Counted from the stretch's first letter, positions 38,802-49,487 are shown. The stretch: DNA of 64,000 bases from Anaerolineales bacterium (GCA_013140605.1 JABFSL010000042.1:31168-95167), one strand, 5' to 3'. The notes: generated by a model from the sequence alone, not told the origin. Made by a program: numbers and translations.

Positions 38802-41461
38802 TGGTTTTCCCTTTTTTCAATGGGCAGCCACACACTGAATGTAGCTCCGCGCTGTGAGTTGTTTTCAGCTTGAATGCGCCCGCCGTGTTTGGTGACAATA
38901 TCATAGGAAATGGTCAGGCCGAGACCGGTACCGGTTTCCTTGTCTGTTATAAACGCTTCGAAGATGCTGTGCAGGATGGATGGATTGATGCCGATGCCGG
39001 TATCTGCTACTTTCAGAAGGATTTCCCCGCTCTGCATTAAGTATTGTGTGGAAATGGTCAGGCGGCCGCCGCTCGTCATGGCTTCCGCGGCGTTCATTAC
39101 CAAATTGAGCAAAACCTGTCTGATCTGATCCACCAGGCCGGGGATGGTTGGAAGGTTCGGGTCGGGGTAAAACTCAAAGGATATTTCATTATGGCGCAAA
39201 TGTGTGGCGATCAATGCGTACACATCTTCAATGAGGTCGTTGACCTGCATTGGTTGAAAATCCTCCATTTGAGCAGGACGATAGGTGGCGCGCAGGCGGG
39301 CGATCAAGGCAGCCATCCGTTCGGATTCCGAAAGCACGATATCAAGGTCTTGTTTTCCCTGCGGAGAGATCCCTTTTTCTTCACGCAACAAAAAGAGCGC
39401 GTTCTGTATCGCTTGCAAGGGGTTGTTCAATTCATGTGAAACAGAAGCGAGCAGGCGTCCCATTGTGGCGAGACGTTCATTTTGTACCAATTGATCGCGC
39501 ATGGCTTTTTCGGTTTGCAGGGATGTTTGCAGGTGGGCATATAAGTTCGCTTTTTGCAAAGCGATGGCCAGTTGGTCTGCGACCGCGCTGACCAGTTGAA
39601 TATCGCGTGGCCCAAGTGAGCGCGGCGGGATCTGTTGAATATCCAGTACCCCCAGGATACGCCCGTCAATTTTGACAGGCACAGCCAGTTCTGATTTTGT
39701 GTCTGGCAGTAATGGGTTTCGAACGAAAAAATGTATTTGGTCCACATCATTTGTAAAAAATGGGGACCCGGTTTCTGCTGTATACCCTACGATGCCTTCG
39801 CCCGCGCGCAGGCGATGATTTTTTTCCTTTAGTTTCACGCCAATTTCAGTACTGCCTGTGTGCATAATTAAGTCGCCGTTTTGCGGCTCAACGGTATAAA
39901 CCTGAACATGGTAGTACTCGAAGTTTTTTTGCAGCAACTCCACCGCATCCTGCAATAATTCGTGCGGATCCAGCGATGCAACCAGCTTTTGATTAATGCT
40001 GTATAAGGCGTTTGATTCTTTCAAAGCCTGTTGAATGCTTTCCAGCAAATGCGCATTTTCAATGGCAATAGCGGCCTGCGTTCCGAGCGCGCTGAGCAGG
40101 CGGGTTTCATCTTCTGTAAACGCATCCACCAAACTACTTTGCACGCTGATGGTGCCCAATTTTTTTTCGCCGCTTTGTACCGGGGCGACCATGAGCGAAC
40201 GATAGGAAGGAGGCGTGTTACCAAAAGCCACAAAACGCGGGTCTGTGCCAACATCTGTAATGTTGATCGTTTCACCTTTGACGATGACTTGCCCTGCCAC
40301 GCCTTCGTTGGGGCGTATTTTTATTGTTTTCCAATTCGTGGCGTCTTCAGCGTAGCCGATGACTGCCTCTGCTGTGAGAATTTGCTGCTCTTCATCCAAA
40401 AGATGAATCACAGCCTGTTCTGTTGAGGGTATTAATTCCTTTGTTGAATTAACGATCAACTGCAATACCGTACTTAACCCAACACGTTCCGTCTCGCTTA
40501 AGGCGCGCCCTATATTTGCAAGCGCATTTGTTTCTCTAAGCCGTTTTTGAATCTCAACTTCCTGCTGAACTGTCCAAAGAACAAGCGCAATTTGATCACC
40601 GGCTTGTTGCGCTTGTTCAATCTCTTCAGGTGTGAATTGATGTGGGGCGCTATATGTGAGAACAGCCGCGCCCAGTTTATATCCTCTTGCAATAAAAGGT
40701 ATGCCGAGCATGGATTGAATTGGAAATGCAGAATCTTTGGAAAGTGTGGAATTGACGGCGTACTGAGAATTTGGCACATCATTAACAGCCAGGATTTGTC
40801 TGGTTCGCAATACCGACTCTGTTATTTCTGATGCCACCGATTCCATTATGGTTTTGGAATCGACCTGCTCCGACTGTACAGTTGATATTATGAGAGCTGT
40901 CTTTTCCTGGGGCGCATCCCAATGAACGAGATACCCATAATCGGCGATAAATAAGTTTACAAGGTGATTAAGTAGAAAGTAATACTTCTCACCGGGTTTT
41001 TTGATGTTCAGAATATCACTGGTTGTTATCTTGAGCAGAGTGAGATAACGTTCCCGGGAGCGCAATTGATTTTCTGTTTGCAGGCGGGCATCAAGAATTT
41101 GTCTTAATCGTCCTGTGATCACACCTATAAGGATAAAAATAATGCTGCCAAATGGATAACCACCATAAAATACAGACTCCCAGGCATATCCACCATATTC
41201 GATTAAAAGGATGGCGGTAAGAATGACTGCCAGCAAACTAGCTGTAACGCCTCCCAACATACCTAAAAACCATCCCGCCACAATGATGGGAATTGCCGCT
41301 AACATGACAATGCCATCTCCATATAATTGGATGAGCCATGCTGCGCTGATCCAATAGACTGCCGTCAGGCCAACAACAATCCCCCATTTCTGGAGATGCG
41401 ATAGGGATCTCATTCCCATTATTTTAGCATCTCCAAATTTGGGGGATTTCATTTGTAACAA
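38798..41461 (-). CDS. Membrane histidine kinase with three GAF domains
   Basis: N-terminal TM bundle; 3 GAFs; SVSHELNNPL, NAAEAM, DTGIGI and GTGLGL motifs; start uncertain. Confidence 0.92.
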   Translation of the reverse strand: MLQMKSPKFGDAKIMGMRSLSHLQKWGIVVGLTAVYWISAAWLIQLYGDGIVMLAAIPIIVAGWFLGMLGGVTASLLAVILTAILLIEYGGYAWESVFYGGYPFGSIIFILIGVITGRLRQILDARLQTENQLRSRERYLTLLKITTSDILNIKKPGEKYYFLLNHLVNLFIADYGYLVHWDAPQEKTALIISTVQSEQVDSKTIMESVASEITESVLRTRQILAVNDVPNSQYAVNSTLSKDSAFPIQSMLGIPFIARGYKLGAAVLTYSAPHQFTPEEIEQAQQAGDQIALVLWTVQQEVEIQKRLRETNALANIGRALSETERVGLSTVLQLIVNSTKELIPSTEQAVIHLLDEEQQILTAEAVIGYAEDATNWKTIKIRPNEGVAGQVIVKGETINITDVGTDPRFVAFGNTPPSYRSLMVAPVQSGEKKLGTISVQSSLVDAFTEDETRLLSALGTQAAIAIENAHLLESIQQALKESNALYSINQKLVASLDPHELLQDAVELLQKNFEYYHVQVYTVEPQNGDLIMHTGSTEIGVKLKEKNHRLRAGEGIVGYTAETGSPFFTNDVDQIHFFVRNPLLPDTKSELAVPVKIDGRILGVLDIQQIPPRSLGPRDIQLVSAVADQLAIALQKANLYAHLQTSLQTEKAMRDQLVQNERLATMGRLLASVSHELNNPLQAIQNALFLLREEKGISPQGKQDLDIVLSESERMAALIARLRATYRPAQMEDFQPMQVNDLIEDVYALIATHLRHNEISFEFYPDPNLPTIPGLVDQIRQVLLNLVMNAAEAMTSGGRLTISTQYLMQSGEILLKVADTGIGINPSILHSIFEAFITDKETGTGLGLTISYDIVTKHGGRIQAENNSQRGATFSVWLPIEKRENQ

Positions 41462-41475
41462 CCCTGTAAGAAAGT

Positions 41476-43002
41476 TTACTTGGCGTATTCTGTAGACCGT
41501 GTTTCGCGTATTACCGTCACGCGGATCTGACCTGGATACTGCATCGTTTCTTCGATCTTCTTGGCGATGTCGCGCGCCAATCTTGCAGATGATAAGTCAT
41601 CAATTTGATCGGGCTTGACGAGGATGCGTACTTCGCGTCCTGCCTGAATGGCGAAGGCTTGCTGTACGCCTTCGAAGGACATGGACATTTCTTCGAGTGA
41701 GCGGATGCGTTTGATGTACGCTTCCAAATCTTCGCGGCGGGCACCGGGGCGCGCACCGGAGATCGCGTCTGCTGCTTCAGCGATGACCGCTTCAACAGTA
41801 TCCTGATCAATTTCATGGTGGTGGGATGCGATGGCGTTGACCACGATCGGGTTGACGCCGTAGCGTTTGCAAAATTCCGCGCCGAGGCCTGCGTGCGTGC
41901 CATCCTGGTTGTGATCCATGGCTTTGCCGATATCATGCAGGAATCCGCCCTGTTTGGAAAGCTCGATGTTTGCGCCAAGTTCCGCAGCGAGAATACCCGC
42001 CAGTTTGGAAACTTCCACCGCATGGGCGAGTTGATTTTGTCCGTAGGATGTGCGGAATTTCAAACGGCCCATCATGCGCAGGACTTCGATATGCAAGCCA
42101 GTGACATTGGCTTCATAGGCCGCCTGCTCGCCCGCTTCATTGATAATCTTTTCAACAGCCTTGGTTTCATCTTCCACGATCTTTTCAATATGCGCGGGAT
42201 GAATGCGGCCATCCAGAATTAATTTTGATAACGCGCGGCGGCCGATTTCACGGCGCACCGAGTCGAAACAGGAGACGGTAACAGAATCTGGAGTGTCGTC
42301 CACGATCACATCCACACCTGCGGCCTGTTCGAAGGCTTTGATGTTGCGTCCGTTGCGGCCGACGATGCGTCCCTTCATTTCTTCGCTTGGCAGGGTGACT
42401 ACGGCGCGGGTGACTTCAGCCACGTGTTCAGAAGCCACGCGCTGGATTGCATCCGCGATCAATTTGCGGGCGCGTTTCTCGCCTTCTTCACGCGCTTCCG
42501 CTTCGATCTGGCGGATGATGCGTGCCATGTCGCCGCGGGCTTCCTTTTCAACCGCCGCAAAGAGATCCTTGCGGGCATCGTCTTGAGTCATATTCGCAAC
42601 CTGCTCAAGTTTCTTGAATTGATCTTCGTACAGCTTGTCAATATCGTTGGCGCGTTTGTCAACTTGTGACTGGCGTTTGTTCAATGTTGCTTCGCGCTGT
42701 TCGATTTTGTCGAAACGGCTGTCAAGTTCGCCGCGGCGTTTGTCAAGCCGCTCTGTTTCGCGGTTCAACTCGATGCGGCGTTCCTTCATTTCGGATTCGG
42801 CGGCTTGTACGATCTTGGTGGCGCTTTCACGCGAACCGCTTTCGATCAGACGCGCCTGTGAAGTTGCCGCTTTCAAAATATCGTCTGCTTTTTCGTGCCT
42901 GGCTTTTGCGGCCTGGTCAGCTTGATATCGATGGAAAAAATACCCAGCTATAACACCCACAACGAGCGCCAGTATATCTATAATAATACTTAGCGGGTTC
43001 AT
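41476..43002 (-). CDS. rny: Ribonuclease Y
   Basis: N-terminal TM helix and coiled coil; KH motif GRIVGRNGRNI; RTSYGQN; HDIGK HD domain. Confidence 0.97.
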   Translation of the reverse strand: MNPLSIIIDILALVVGVIAGYFFHRYQADQAAKARHEKADDILKAATSQARLIESGSRESATKIVQAAESEMKERRIELNRETERLDKRRGELDSRFDKIEQREATLNKRQSQVDKRANDIDKLYEDQFKKLEQVANMTQDDARKDLFAAVEKEARGDMARIIRQIEAEAREEGEKRARKLIADAIQRVASEHVAEVTRAVVTLPSEEMKGRIVGRNGRNIKAFEQAAGVDVIVDDTPDSVTVSCFDSVRREIGRRALSKLILDGRIHPAHIEKIVEDETKAVEKIINEAGEQAAYEANVTGLHIEVLRMMGRLKFRTSYGQNQLAHAVEVSKLAGILAAELGANIELSKQGGFLHDIGKAMDHNQDGTHAGLGAEFCKRYGVNPIVVNAIASHHHEIDQDTVEAVIAEAADAISGARPGARREDLEAYIKRIRSLEEMSMSFEGVQQAFAIQAGREVRILVKPDQIDDLSSARLARDIAKKIEETMQYPGQIRVTVIRETRSTEYAK

Positions 43003-43658
43003 GATATATCCTCATCTTCAAAATTTTTCGCTTGATCATCTGTGTGAGTCTCGCTCCACAGCCGGGTGACAATGGGTGCGATGACGGAGTAGGGGAAACC
43101 GCGCCGCGCGAGGAACTCAGATAGCTTTTTGCGAAATTCGTTCCACTCCAGACCTGTGAGCCTGCCCAGCCTTTTTTGGGCAGCTTCGTAGGCCAGAGCC
43201 TCTTCATCCACTCCTGAAACTGCGGAGTGGACTGTTTCATCGTCGAGTCCCTTTTGGCGAAGTTCCATTGCCAGGGCTCGGCGGCTGCGTGGTCGAAAGG
43301 TGCTGCGATTCTCAACCCACGCCTGTGCAAATTCATTGTCGTTGGCAAGCCCGGCCTTGCGAAGTCTTTCGATGGTTTCCTCGATCACTTCTTCGGGCAT
43401 TTCATGTTTACGCAGGTTTTGCCGTATTTCTTTTTCTGAACGGGCGCGATAACTCAGGAAGAGCAGGGCTTGTTGATAAGCCCATTCGCGCGCGTCTTCT
43501 GCCAGTAATTGGGCGATCTTTTCATCGCTTAGTTCTTCGCCAATTTTTAACCACGCGGCTGTGATGCGCGCCACTCCAAAAGCGTACTCTCCATCGAGGT
43601 GGATGTTCACCCGATTGGGGTTCTTCTTTTGGACAGAGATGGCGGTTATCTTTTTCAT
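42999..43658 (-). CDS. recX: RecX regulatory protein
   Basis: NRVNIHLDG, LSYRARSEKEI, NDNEFAQAWV and FLARRGF motifs. Confidence 0.93.
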   Translation of the reverse strand: MKKITAISVQKKNPNRVNIHLDGEYAFGVARITAAWLKIGEELSDEKIAQLLAEDAREWAYQQALLFLSYRARSEKEIRQNLRKHEMPEEVIEETIERLRKAGLANDNEFAQAWVENRSTFRPRSRRALAMELRQKGLDDETVHSAVSGVDEEALAYEAAQKRLGRLTGLEWNEFRKKLSEFLARRGFPYSVIAPIVTRLWSETHTDDQAKNFEDEDIS

Positions 43659-43666
43659 TTAAAGTA

Positions 43667-43849
43667 CACAGCCAAGGCTTCCGATGTTCGGCCTTGGCTG
43701 TGAAAAATGTCTGGGTTGGCTGAGCAGGCCCCAGGTCCGGTTTGAGGCGGGTGGGGATAGTTCAAAAGTAAATGACGGTTTACGTCATGTACAGCGCAGG
43801 TGTGGGCGTGAAGCCTATCCTTGTCTAAAAAATCATAAATAGACTTCAC
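43667..43849 (-). other. Structured leader (four hairpins) coinciding with a 64-codon ORF that overlaps the recX start
   Basis: stems at 43667-43702 (12 bp perfect), 43711-43734, 43772-43788 and 43808-43849; identity unknown. Confidence 0.4.
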
Positions 43850-44108
43850 AAATTAACTCCCATCGCCTTTGGCGGGAGAGAGATCGTGCACCATTTTCCA
43901 GTCAGTTTCAAGTAAGGCCGCGAGCGGCGGAAGTTTCTAAGGAATCCCTAAGGATTTTTTGAATTATACATGATAATCATGAATTGTTAACATAACTTTT
44001 TCATGGCGGAGGGGTAATAGCATTTATAGAATCGTGACAAATGGAACTATGTGGATTTGACGAGTCGTGCAATAATTTGGATTGTTTAAAAAACCCAATG
44101 GAGGCAAT

Positions 44109-46370
44109 ATGGCTAAGATTACTCGTGAAGATGCTCTCGAATATCACCGTTTGAAAGGGAAACCCGGCAAAATTTCAATCATGCCGACCAAGCCGATGGA
44201 TACACAGCGGGATCTGGGACTGGCTTATACACCCGGCGTGGCGGAACCGGTGCTGGAGATCGAAAAGAATCCAGAGGATGCCTACGAATACACATCCAAG
44301 GGGAATTTGGTGGCGGTGGTTTCGAATGGCACGGCGATTTTAGGCCTGGGTGACCGCGGCGCATTGGCAAGCAAGCCCGTTATGGAAGGCAAGGGGGTGC
44401 TATTCAAGAAATTTGCAGACATTGACGTTTTCGACATCGAAGTAAACTCGCATGACCCCGATGAGATCATTAAAATCGTCGCGGCGATCTCTCCGACTTT
44501 TGGCGGGATCAATCTCGAAGACATTAAAGCCCCTGAATGTTTTTACATCGAAGAAGAACTCAAGAAGATGCTGGACATTCCCGTCTTCCATGATGACCAG
44601 CATGGTACGGCAATCATCTCATCCGCGGGTCTGGCGAATGCGTTGGAAATCGTTGGAAAGAAACATGAGGAGATTAAAATTGTTATTTCCGGCGCGGGTG
44701 CGGCGGCAATCTCCTGCGCAGAGTTGGCGATCAAGTGGGGCGTGAAGCGCGAGAACATCATGTTGTGCGATAGCAAAGGCGTGGTGTACAAAGGCCGCAA
44801 GGAAAACATGAATAAGTATAAGGAACGCTTCCTCGTTGACACAGATGCGCGGACTCTGTCCGATGCGCTGCGCGGCGCGGATGTGTTCTATGGCTTATCG
44901 GTGGCGAATGTGATGACGCCTGAAATGGTCAAATTGATGGCGGCGGACCCGATCATCTTTGCGATGGCGAATCCTGACCCGGAGATCAGGCCTGAACTGG
45001 CGAAAGCGGCGCGCAACGACGTGATCATTGCGACAGGCCGCTCTGATTTTGCAAACCAGGTCAATAACGTATTGGGCTTCCCGTTCATTTTCCGCGGCGC
45101 ACTGGATGTGCGCGCGAGACAAATCAACGATGATATGAAGTTTGCGGCTTCCAAAGCGTTGGCCGCGCTTGCAAAAGAGGATGTGCCGGATTCTGTCATC
45201 CGTGCGTATGGCGGCGAGAGTATCAAGTTTGGGCGCGAGTACATCATTCCCAAGCCGTTTGATCCGCGGGTGTTGTTGTGGGAAGCGCCCGCTGTCGCTG
45301 AGATGGCGATGATAACCGGCGTGGCTCGCAAGAAGATCGACCTCGATGAATATCGCGAACAACTTGCGTATCGTCAGGGCAAGGGCGAGCGCATCCGCTA
45401 TTTCTTCCAGAACAAGGCGCGTTCCTCAGGCGGTACAAAACGGGTGGTGTTCGCGGAAGGCGAAGAGCAAAAGATCATCCGCGCCGCGTATCAAATTCAA
45501 GAGGAAGGCATTGCCACTCCTGTTTTGATCGGGCGTAAGAGCGTGATCGAAGATCAACTGAACGATCTCAGCATTGATTACAAGCCTGAGATCGTTGACC
45601 CCGACCAGTTCCCCAAGATCGATGCGTATGCCAAGGCGTATTATGAACTGCGTCAACGCAAAGGCATGATGATGAGTGATGCCGCCAAGAAGGCGCGTGA
45701 TCCCAATATCCTCGGTTCATTGATGGTGAAGATGGGTGACGCGGATGCGTTTATCTCCGGCCTCACCTTTGATTATCCCGAAGTGATCCGCCCCGCTTTG
45801 CAGATTCACCACACGGCTCCGGGTGTGGCACGTGCGGCTGGTGTATACATTATGATCTTTGAAGAAAAGGTTTTCCTCTTCACAGATGCCACCGTCAACA
45901 TTGACCCAACTGCTGAAGACCTGGCGGACATTGCCGCCCTCGCAGCGGATTATGCCAAGAAGTTGGAGATCGACCCGCATGTGGCTTTCCTCTCCTTCTC
46001 GAACTTTGGTTCCACGCCCCATCCGCTTTCGGATAAGGTGCGCAAGGCCGTGGAGTTGATCAAAGCCCGCCGCCCTGACTTACGTGTGGATGGTGAAATG
46101 CAGGCCGATACCGCCGTTGTTCCAGAGATCGCAGAATCGCGCTATCCGTTCAGCGCGGTCAAGGATGCCAACGTGCTGGTGTTCCCGTCGCTTGAATCTG
46201 CGAATATCGCTTACAAGCTTTTGGCCCGCCTTGGTAACGCCAAGGCCATTGGACCAATTCTCCTCGGCGTAGGCGCTCCTGTGCATGTCCTGCAAACTGG
46301 TGACGATGTGAATGCCATTGTGCAGATCGCTTCCGTGGCTGTCATGGATGCGATGGGACGCGAGAAGTAA
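44109..46370 (+). CDS. maeB: NADP-dependent malic enzyme with phosphotransacetylase-like domain
   Basis: [38 protein letters not shown] and DGEMQAD motifs; start at 44109. Confidence 0.96.
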   Translation: MAKITREDALEYHRLKGKPGKISIMPTKPMDTQRDLGLAYTPGVAEPVLEIEKNPEDAYEYTSKGNLVAVVSNGTAILGLGDRGALASKPVMEGKGVLFKKFADIDVFDIEVNSHDPDEIIKIVAAISPTFGGINLEDIKAPECFYIEEELKKMLDIPVFHDDQHGTAIISSAGLANALEIVGKKHEEIKIVISGAGAAAISCAELAIKWGVKRENIMLCDSKGVVYKGRKENMNKYKERFLVDTDARTLSDALRGADVFYGLSVANVMTPEMVKLMAADPIIFAMANPDPEIRPELAKAARNDVIIATGRSDFANQVNNVLGFPFIFRGALDVRARQINDDMKFAASKALAALAKEDVPDSVIRAYGGESIKFGREYIIPKPFDPRVLLWEAPAVAEMAMITGVARKKIDLDEYREQLAYRQGKGERIRYFFQNKARSSGGTKRVVFAEGEEQKIIRAAYQIQEEGIATPVLIGRKSVIEDQLNDLSIDYKPEIVDPDQFPKIDAYAKAYYELRQRKGMMMSDAAKKARDPNILGSLMVKMGDADAFISGLTFDYPEVIRPALQIHHTAPGVARAAGVYIMIFEEKVFLFTDATVNIDPTAEDLADIAALAADYAKKLEIDPHVAFLSFSNFGSTPHPLSDKVRKAVELIKARRPDLRVDGEMQADTAVVPEIAESRYPFSAVKDANVLVFPSLESANIAYKLLARLGNAKAIGPILLGVGAPVHVLQTGDDVNAIVQIASVAVMDAMGREK

Positions 46371-46389
46371 AGTAATAAGTAATAAGTGG

Positions 46390-46422
46390 AACTCGCCTCG
46401 AAATTTTTTCGAGGCGAGTTTT
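46390..46422 (+). terminator. Intrinsic terminator after maeB
   Basis: aactcgcctcgaa/ttcgaggcgagtt stem plus T-run. Confidence 0.75.
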
Positions 46423-46458
46423 GTTATACTCGGCTTTATTTTGAAAACAGGAAAATAC

Positions 46459-47703
46459 ATGACAAATCTCGAATCTATTGCGCGCAAAATAACCACCATA
46501 CTATTCGCGCAACAATCCCTCGCTTCGGCGGGGTTTATCGCCGCTGCCACACTTAATTCCATTGTTGGCAAGGAACTCAGCGGGCATTCGAATTGGGCGG
46601 GTGTGCCTTCGGCTGTTTATCTTTTAGCGGGCGCGTTTGCCGCATTTATGTGGGGATATGTTTTCGATGCCATCGGTCGGCGCGGCGGATTGACTACTGG
46701 TTTAAGTATCGGCGTTGTTGGTTCTGGTGTGGCTTTCTATGCCATCGCGATCCATTCATTCGCGATCTTTCTTTTCGGCATGATCTTGATGGGTATCGCA
46801 AACGCAGCAGTTCAACTTGGACGCTTTGCGGCGGCGGAAGTGAATCGTCCCGAACATCGCGGACGCGCAATTTCAAACGTGGTTATCGGCGGAACGGTCG
46901 GCTCGGTGGTTGGTCCGTTCGTGGCTGGGCCTGCTGGTTCGCTGATCGGTTCGTGGGGAATTGATGAACTGGCTGGCGCGTATCTTGTCAGTCTCGTACT
47001 GTTTGCAATTGCGGCCATCGTTGTGTTTCTTGGATTGCGCCCCGACCCGCGCGAGATCGGCAAAGAGGTGGCGGAACAATTCCCAGAAACAGTGGCAGGT
47101 TCAGGTCAAGTAAGAAGCGTGCTTGAGATTCTTCGTCAGCCCGCCGCAAGAGTCGCAGTCATCAGCATGGTGTTGGGGCAAATGGTGATGGTGCTGGTGA
47201 TGGTTATCACATCACTTCATATGCGCGGACATAATCACGGCCTGCCCGATATTTCGCTTGTGATTTCTTCGCATACGTTTGGCATGTATGCATTTTCCAT
47301 CATCTCCGGCCGTCTCGCGGATCGGTGGGGGCGTGGGCCTGTCATCATGATCGGCTCGGCTACGCTTGTGATTGCGTGTATCGCGGCCACGATCTCCCCC
47401 GATGTTCTTCCGCTGGGTGTGGCATTATTTTTGCTTGGCCTTGGTTGGAATTTTTGTTTTGTCGGCGGCTCCACTTTGCTGGCCGATCAACTTTCTCCGC
47501 TTGAACGCGCACGCACGCAGGGTTTCAATGACTTGCTTGTGGGGCTTGCCTCTGCGCTTGGAAGTTTGGAAAGTGGATTCATTTTCGCCGCGCTCGGATA
47601 CAACACGATGGCGTATATCAGCGCGGCCTTCGCGCTCATCCCCCTGATCTTCGCTTCTTTCTGGACCTTGAAGCTGGTACGAAAAACCCAGGCATTCTCT
47701 TAA
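46459..47703 (+). CDS. MFS transporter
   Basis: DAIGRRGG and GRLADRWGRG motif A; about 12 TM segments; start moved to 46459. Confidence 0.9.
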   Translation: MTNLESIARKITTILFAQQSLASAGFIAAATLNSIVGKELSGHSNWAGVPSAVYLLAGAFAAFMWGYVFDAIGRRGGLTTGLSIGVVGSGVAFYAIAIHSFAIFLFGMILMGIANAAVQLGRFAAAEVNRPEHRGRAISNVVIGGTVGSVVGPFVAGPAGSLIGSWGIDELAGAYLVSLVLFAIAAIVVFLGLRPDPREIGKEVAEQFPETVAGSGQVRSVLEILRQPAARVAVISMVLGQMVMVLVMVITSLHMRGHNHGLPDISLVISSHTFGMYAFSIISGRLADRWGRGPVIMIGSATLVIACIAATISPDVLPLGVALFLLGLGWNFCFVGGSTLLADQLSPLERARTQGFNDLLVGLASALGSLESGFIFAALGYNTMAYISAAFALIPLIFASFWTLKLVRKTQAFS

Positions 47704-47704
47704 G

Positions 47705-47736
47705 AAAAAAGAGCGAGACGATGGTCTCGCTCTTTT
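47705..47736. terminator. Bidirectional terminator
   Basis: aaaagagcgagac-gatg-gtctcgctctttt. Confidence 0.75.
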
Positions 47737-47747
47737 CATTTGCTTCT

Positions 47748-48050
47748 TTATTTTTCCGAACTTTTGCTGGTTTCGCTCGCGGCAGGTTTGCTTTCAGTTG
47801 AAGATTCCTTCGATGTGCTTTTCTTTTCTTCCTTGTCGGATTTCTTCGCGCTGGAAGTATCTCCCGAAGGTGACTTGTGATCGGTAGCGTAAAAGCCCGA
47901 ACCTTTAAAGATGATCTTGGTTGGGGTGATGACCTTCTTGAGCGCCTTCTTGCGGCACTCGGGACAGGTCTTTAGTGGATTGTCTGTGAAGGATTGATGG
48001 CGTTCGAATTGGATACCACAAGCTTCACAACGATAAGTATAGACTGGCAT
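47748..48050 (-). CDS. FmdB-family zinc-ribbon protein
   Basis: MPVYTYRCEACG..CPEC..FKGSGFYATD; low-complexity tail. Confidence 0.92.
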   Translation of the reverse strand: MPVYTYRCEACGIQFERHQSFTDNPLKTCPECRKKALKKVITPTKIIFKGSGFYATDHKSPSGDTSSAKKSDKEEKKSTSKESSTESKPAASETSKSSEK

Positions 48051-48150
48051 TTTTTCTCCTTGCATTTCTTTCGGAACAACGCTTGAGATTATAGCGTGAT
48101 TGACAGGCACGGACAAGCCTGTGACGCGCCATGTTATAATTTTCTAATAA

Positions 48151-48183
48151 AGGTGACAGTCACTTTAAAAGTGACTGTCACCT
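48151..48183. repeat. Perfect 33-bp palindrome AGGTGACAGTCACTTT-A-AAAGTGACTGTCACCT
   Basis: 16-bp perfect arms between a TGnTATAAT box (48132-48140) and the Rdx gene. Confidence 0.8.
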
Positions 48184-48200
48184 AAATCACGGAGAATTCC

Positions 48201-48443
48201 ATGCTCAAAATCGAGATCACCTACTGCGCGGTTTGACATTACACCAATCGGGCCGTGAGCCTGATGGACGAATTACTCAAGGATTATGAGCACTTGATCG
48301 AATCGGTGGCGTTAATTCCCTCGGACGGGGGCAGGTTCGAGGTCAGCGTGAACGGGAATTTGATCTATTCGAAATTACAGACGAAACGTCACGCTGAGGC
48401 GGGCGAAGTCGTCAATCTTATTCATAAAATGGTTGAAGGATAA
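48201..48443 (+). CDS. Rdx/SelW-family selenoprotein (CxxU), in-frame UGA at 48234
   Basis: RBS ggaga; MLKIEITYCAV-TGA-HYTNRAVSL continues in frame into ORF 48255-48443 (GGRFEV..IYSK Rdx motif). Confidence 0.88.
48244..48267 (+). promoter_or_regulatory. Candidate bacterial SECIS hairpin
   Basis: cca-a-tcgggc-cgtga-gcctga-tgg stem-loop beginning 8 nt after the UGA. Confidence 0.55.
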
Positions 48444-48446
48444 AGA

Positions 48447-49433
48447 ATGGCAAAAAAAGGCAGAGTGTTTTCGGGCGCGCGCCCAACGGGGAAGCAGCAT
48501 CTGGGGAATTATTTGGGTGCAATTAATAATTATGTTGCGATGCAGAATGATTACGAATGTATCTACTGCATTGTGGATGTTCACGCGTTGACCACGGTCG
48601 AGACCACGCAGGAATTAAAACAGAATACTTTGGAAATGGCGTTGGATTGGCTCGCGGCGGGCATTCGCCCCGAAGATTCCATCGTCTTCGTTCAGTCACA
48701 TGTGCCGCAGGTGATGGAACTGCACACCTATCTTTCAATGGTGACGCAATTCGGCAAGTTGACCGATCTGCCGACCTTCAAAGAGAAGGTGCGCCAACAG
48801 CCTGAAAATATTAATTATGGGCTGGTCGGCTATCCTGTGTTAATGACCGCGGACATTGTGCTTTATAAAACGGACATCGTCCCCGTGGGTATTGACCAGG
48901 CTCCGCATATTGAATTTGCGCGCGAGATCGTGCGTTCATTTAATTATCGTTATCACACAAAGGTGCTGGTCGAGCCGCAAGTGAAACATACCGAAGTGCT
49001 GAAAGTCCTTGGCATTGACGGCAAGGATAAGATGGGCAAGAGTTTGAATAATCACATCGAACTCGCCACCACACCCGAAGTGACGGTTAAGCGTGTCAAG
49101 GAAATGGTTACCGACCCTGCGCGTTTGCGCCGCACTGACCCGGGCAACCCTGACATTTGCAATGTGTTCACCATGCACAAACTTTTCTCCCCGAAGGAAG
49201 AAGTGGACATGATCAATGTCGAATGCCGCAAAGCCGGCATCGGCTGCGTGGATTGCAAACTTCGTTTTGCCAATAACCTTAACAAACATCTTGAACCTTT
49301 CCGTGCCAAACGCGCAGAACTGGCTGCCGATCCAAACAAGATTCAAGACATATTGCACGACGGCGCCAACCGTGCCCGCGCCATCGCCGAGCAGACAATG
49401 ATCGAAGTACGCGAGGCGATGCAATTACCTTAG
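48447..49433 (+). CDS. trpS: Tryptophan--tRNA ligase
   Basis: FSGARPTG..HLGNYLG, YPVLMTADI, VPVGIDQ and KMGKS motifs. Confidence 0.96.
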   Translation: MAKKGRVFSGARPTGKQHLGNYLGAINNYVAMQNDYECIYCIVDVHALTTVETTQELKQNTLEMALDWLAAGIRPEDSIVFVQSHVPQVMELHTYLSMVTQFGKLTDLPTFKEKVRQQPENINYGLVGYPVLMTADIVLYKTDIVPVGIDQAPHIEFAREIVRSFNYRYHTKVLVEPQVKHTEVLKVLGIDGKDKMGKSLNNHIELATTPEVTVKRVKEMVTDPARLRRTDPGNPDICNVFTMHKLFSPKEEVDMINVECRKAGIGCVDCKLRFANNLNKHLEPFRAKRAELAADPNKIQDILHDGANRARAIAEQTMIEVREAMQLP

Positions 49434-49481
49434 TCCGCTAGTCTGCTGGTCGACTAGTCCACTAGTTGACCAGCAGACTAA
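49431..49481. repeat. Inverted heptamer array (tagtccg ctagtct gctggtc / gactagt ccactag ttgacca gcagact)
   Basis: 7-nt periodic opposed halves at the trpS stop. Confidence 0.75.
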
Positions 49482-49487
49482 ATTCCC

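Noticed and set aside
43679-43690. Possible LexA box (GAAC-N4-GTTC type) upstream of recX
   Set aside because: Reads CTTC-CGAT-GTTC, with two mismatches in one half, and lies in a hairpin loop; too weak.
48234-48236. UGA reassigned to Trp or Gly (alternative genetic code)
   Set aside because: Other genes here use TGA as a normal stop (e.g. aroA, aroE); the CxxU context fits selenocysteine.
49032-49046. KMGKS instead of KMSKS in TrpRS
   Set aside because: A single substitution within the known variability of this motif; all other motifs are intact.
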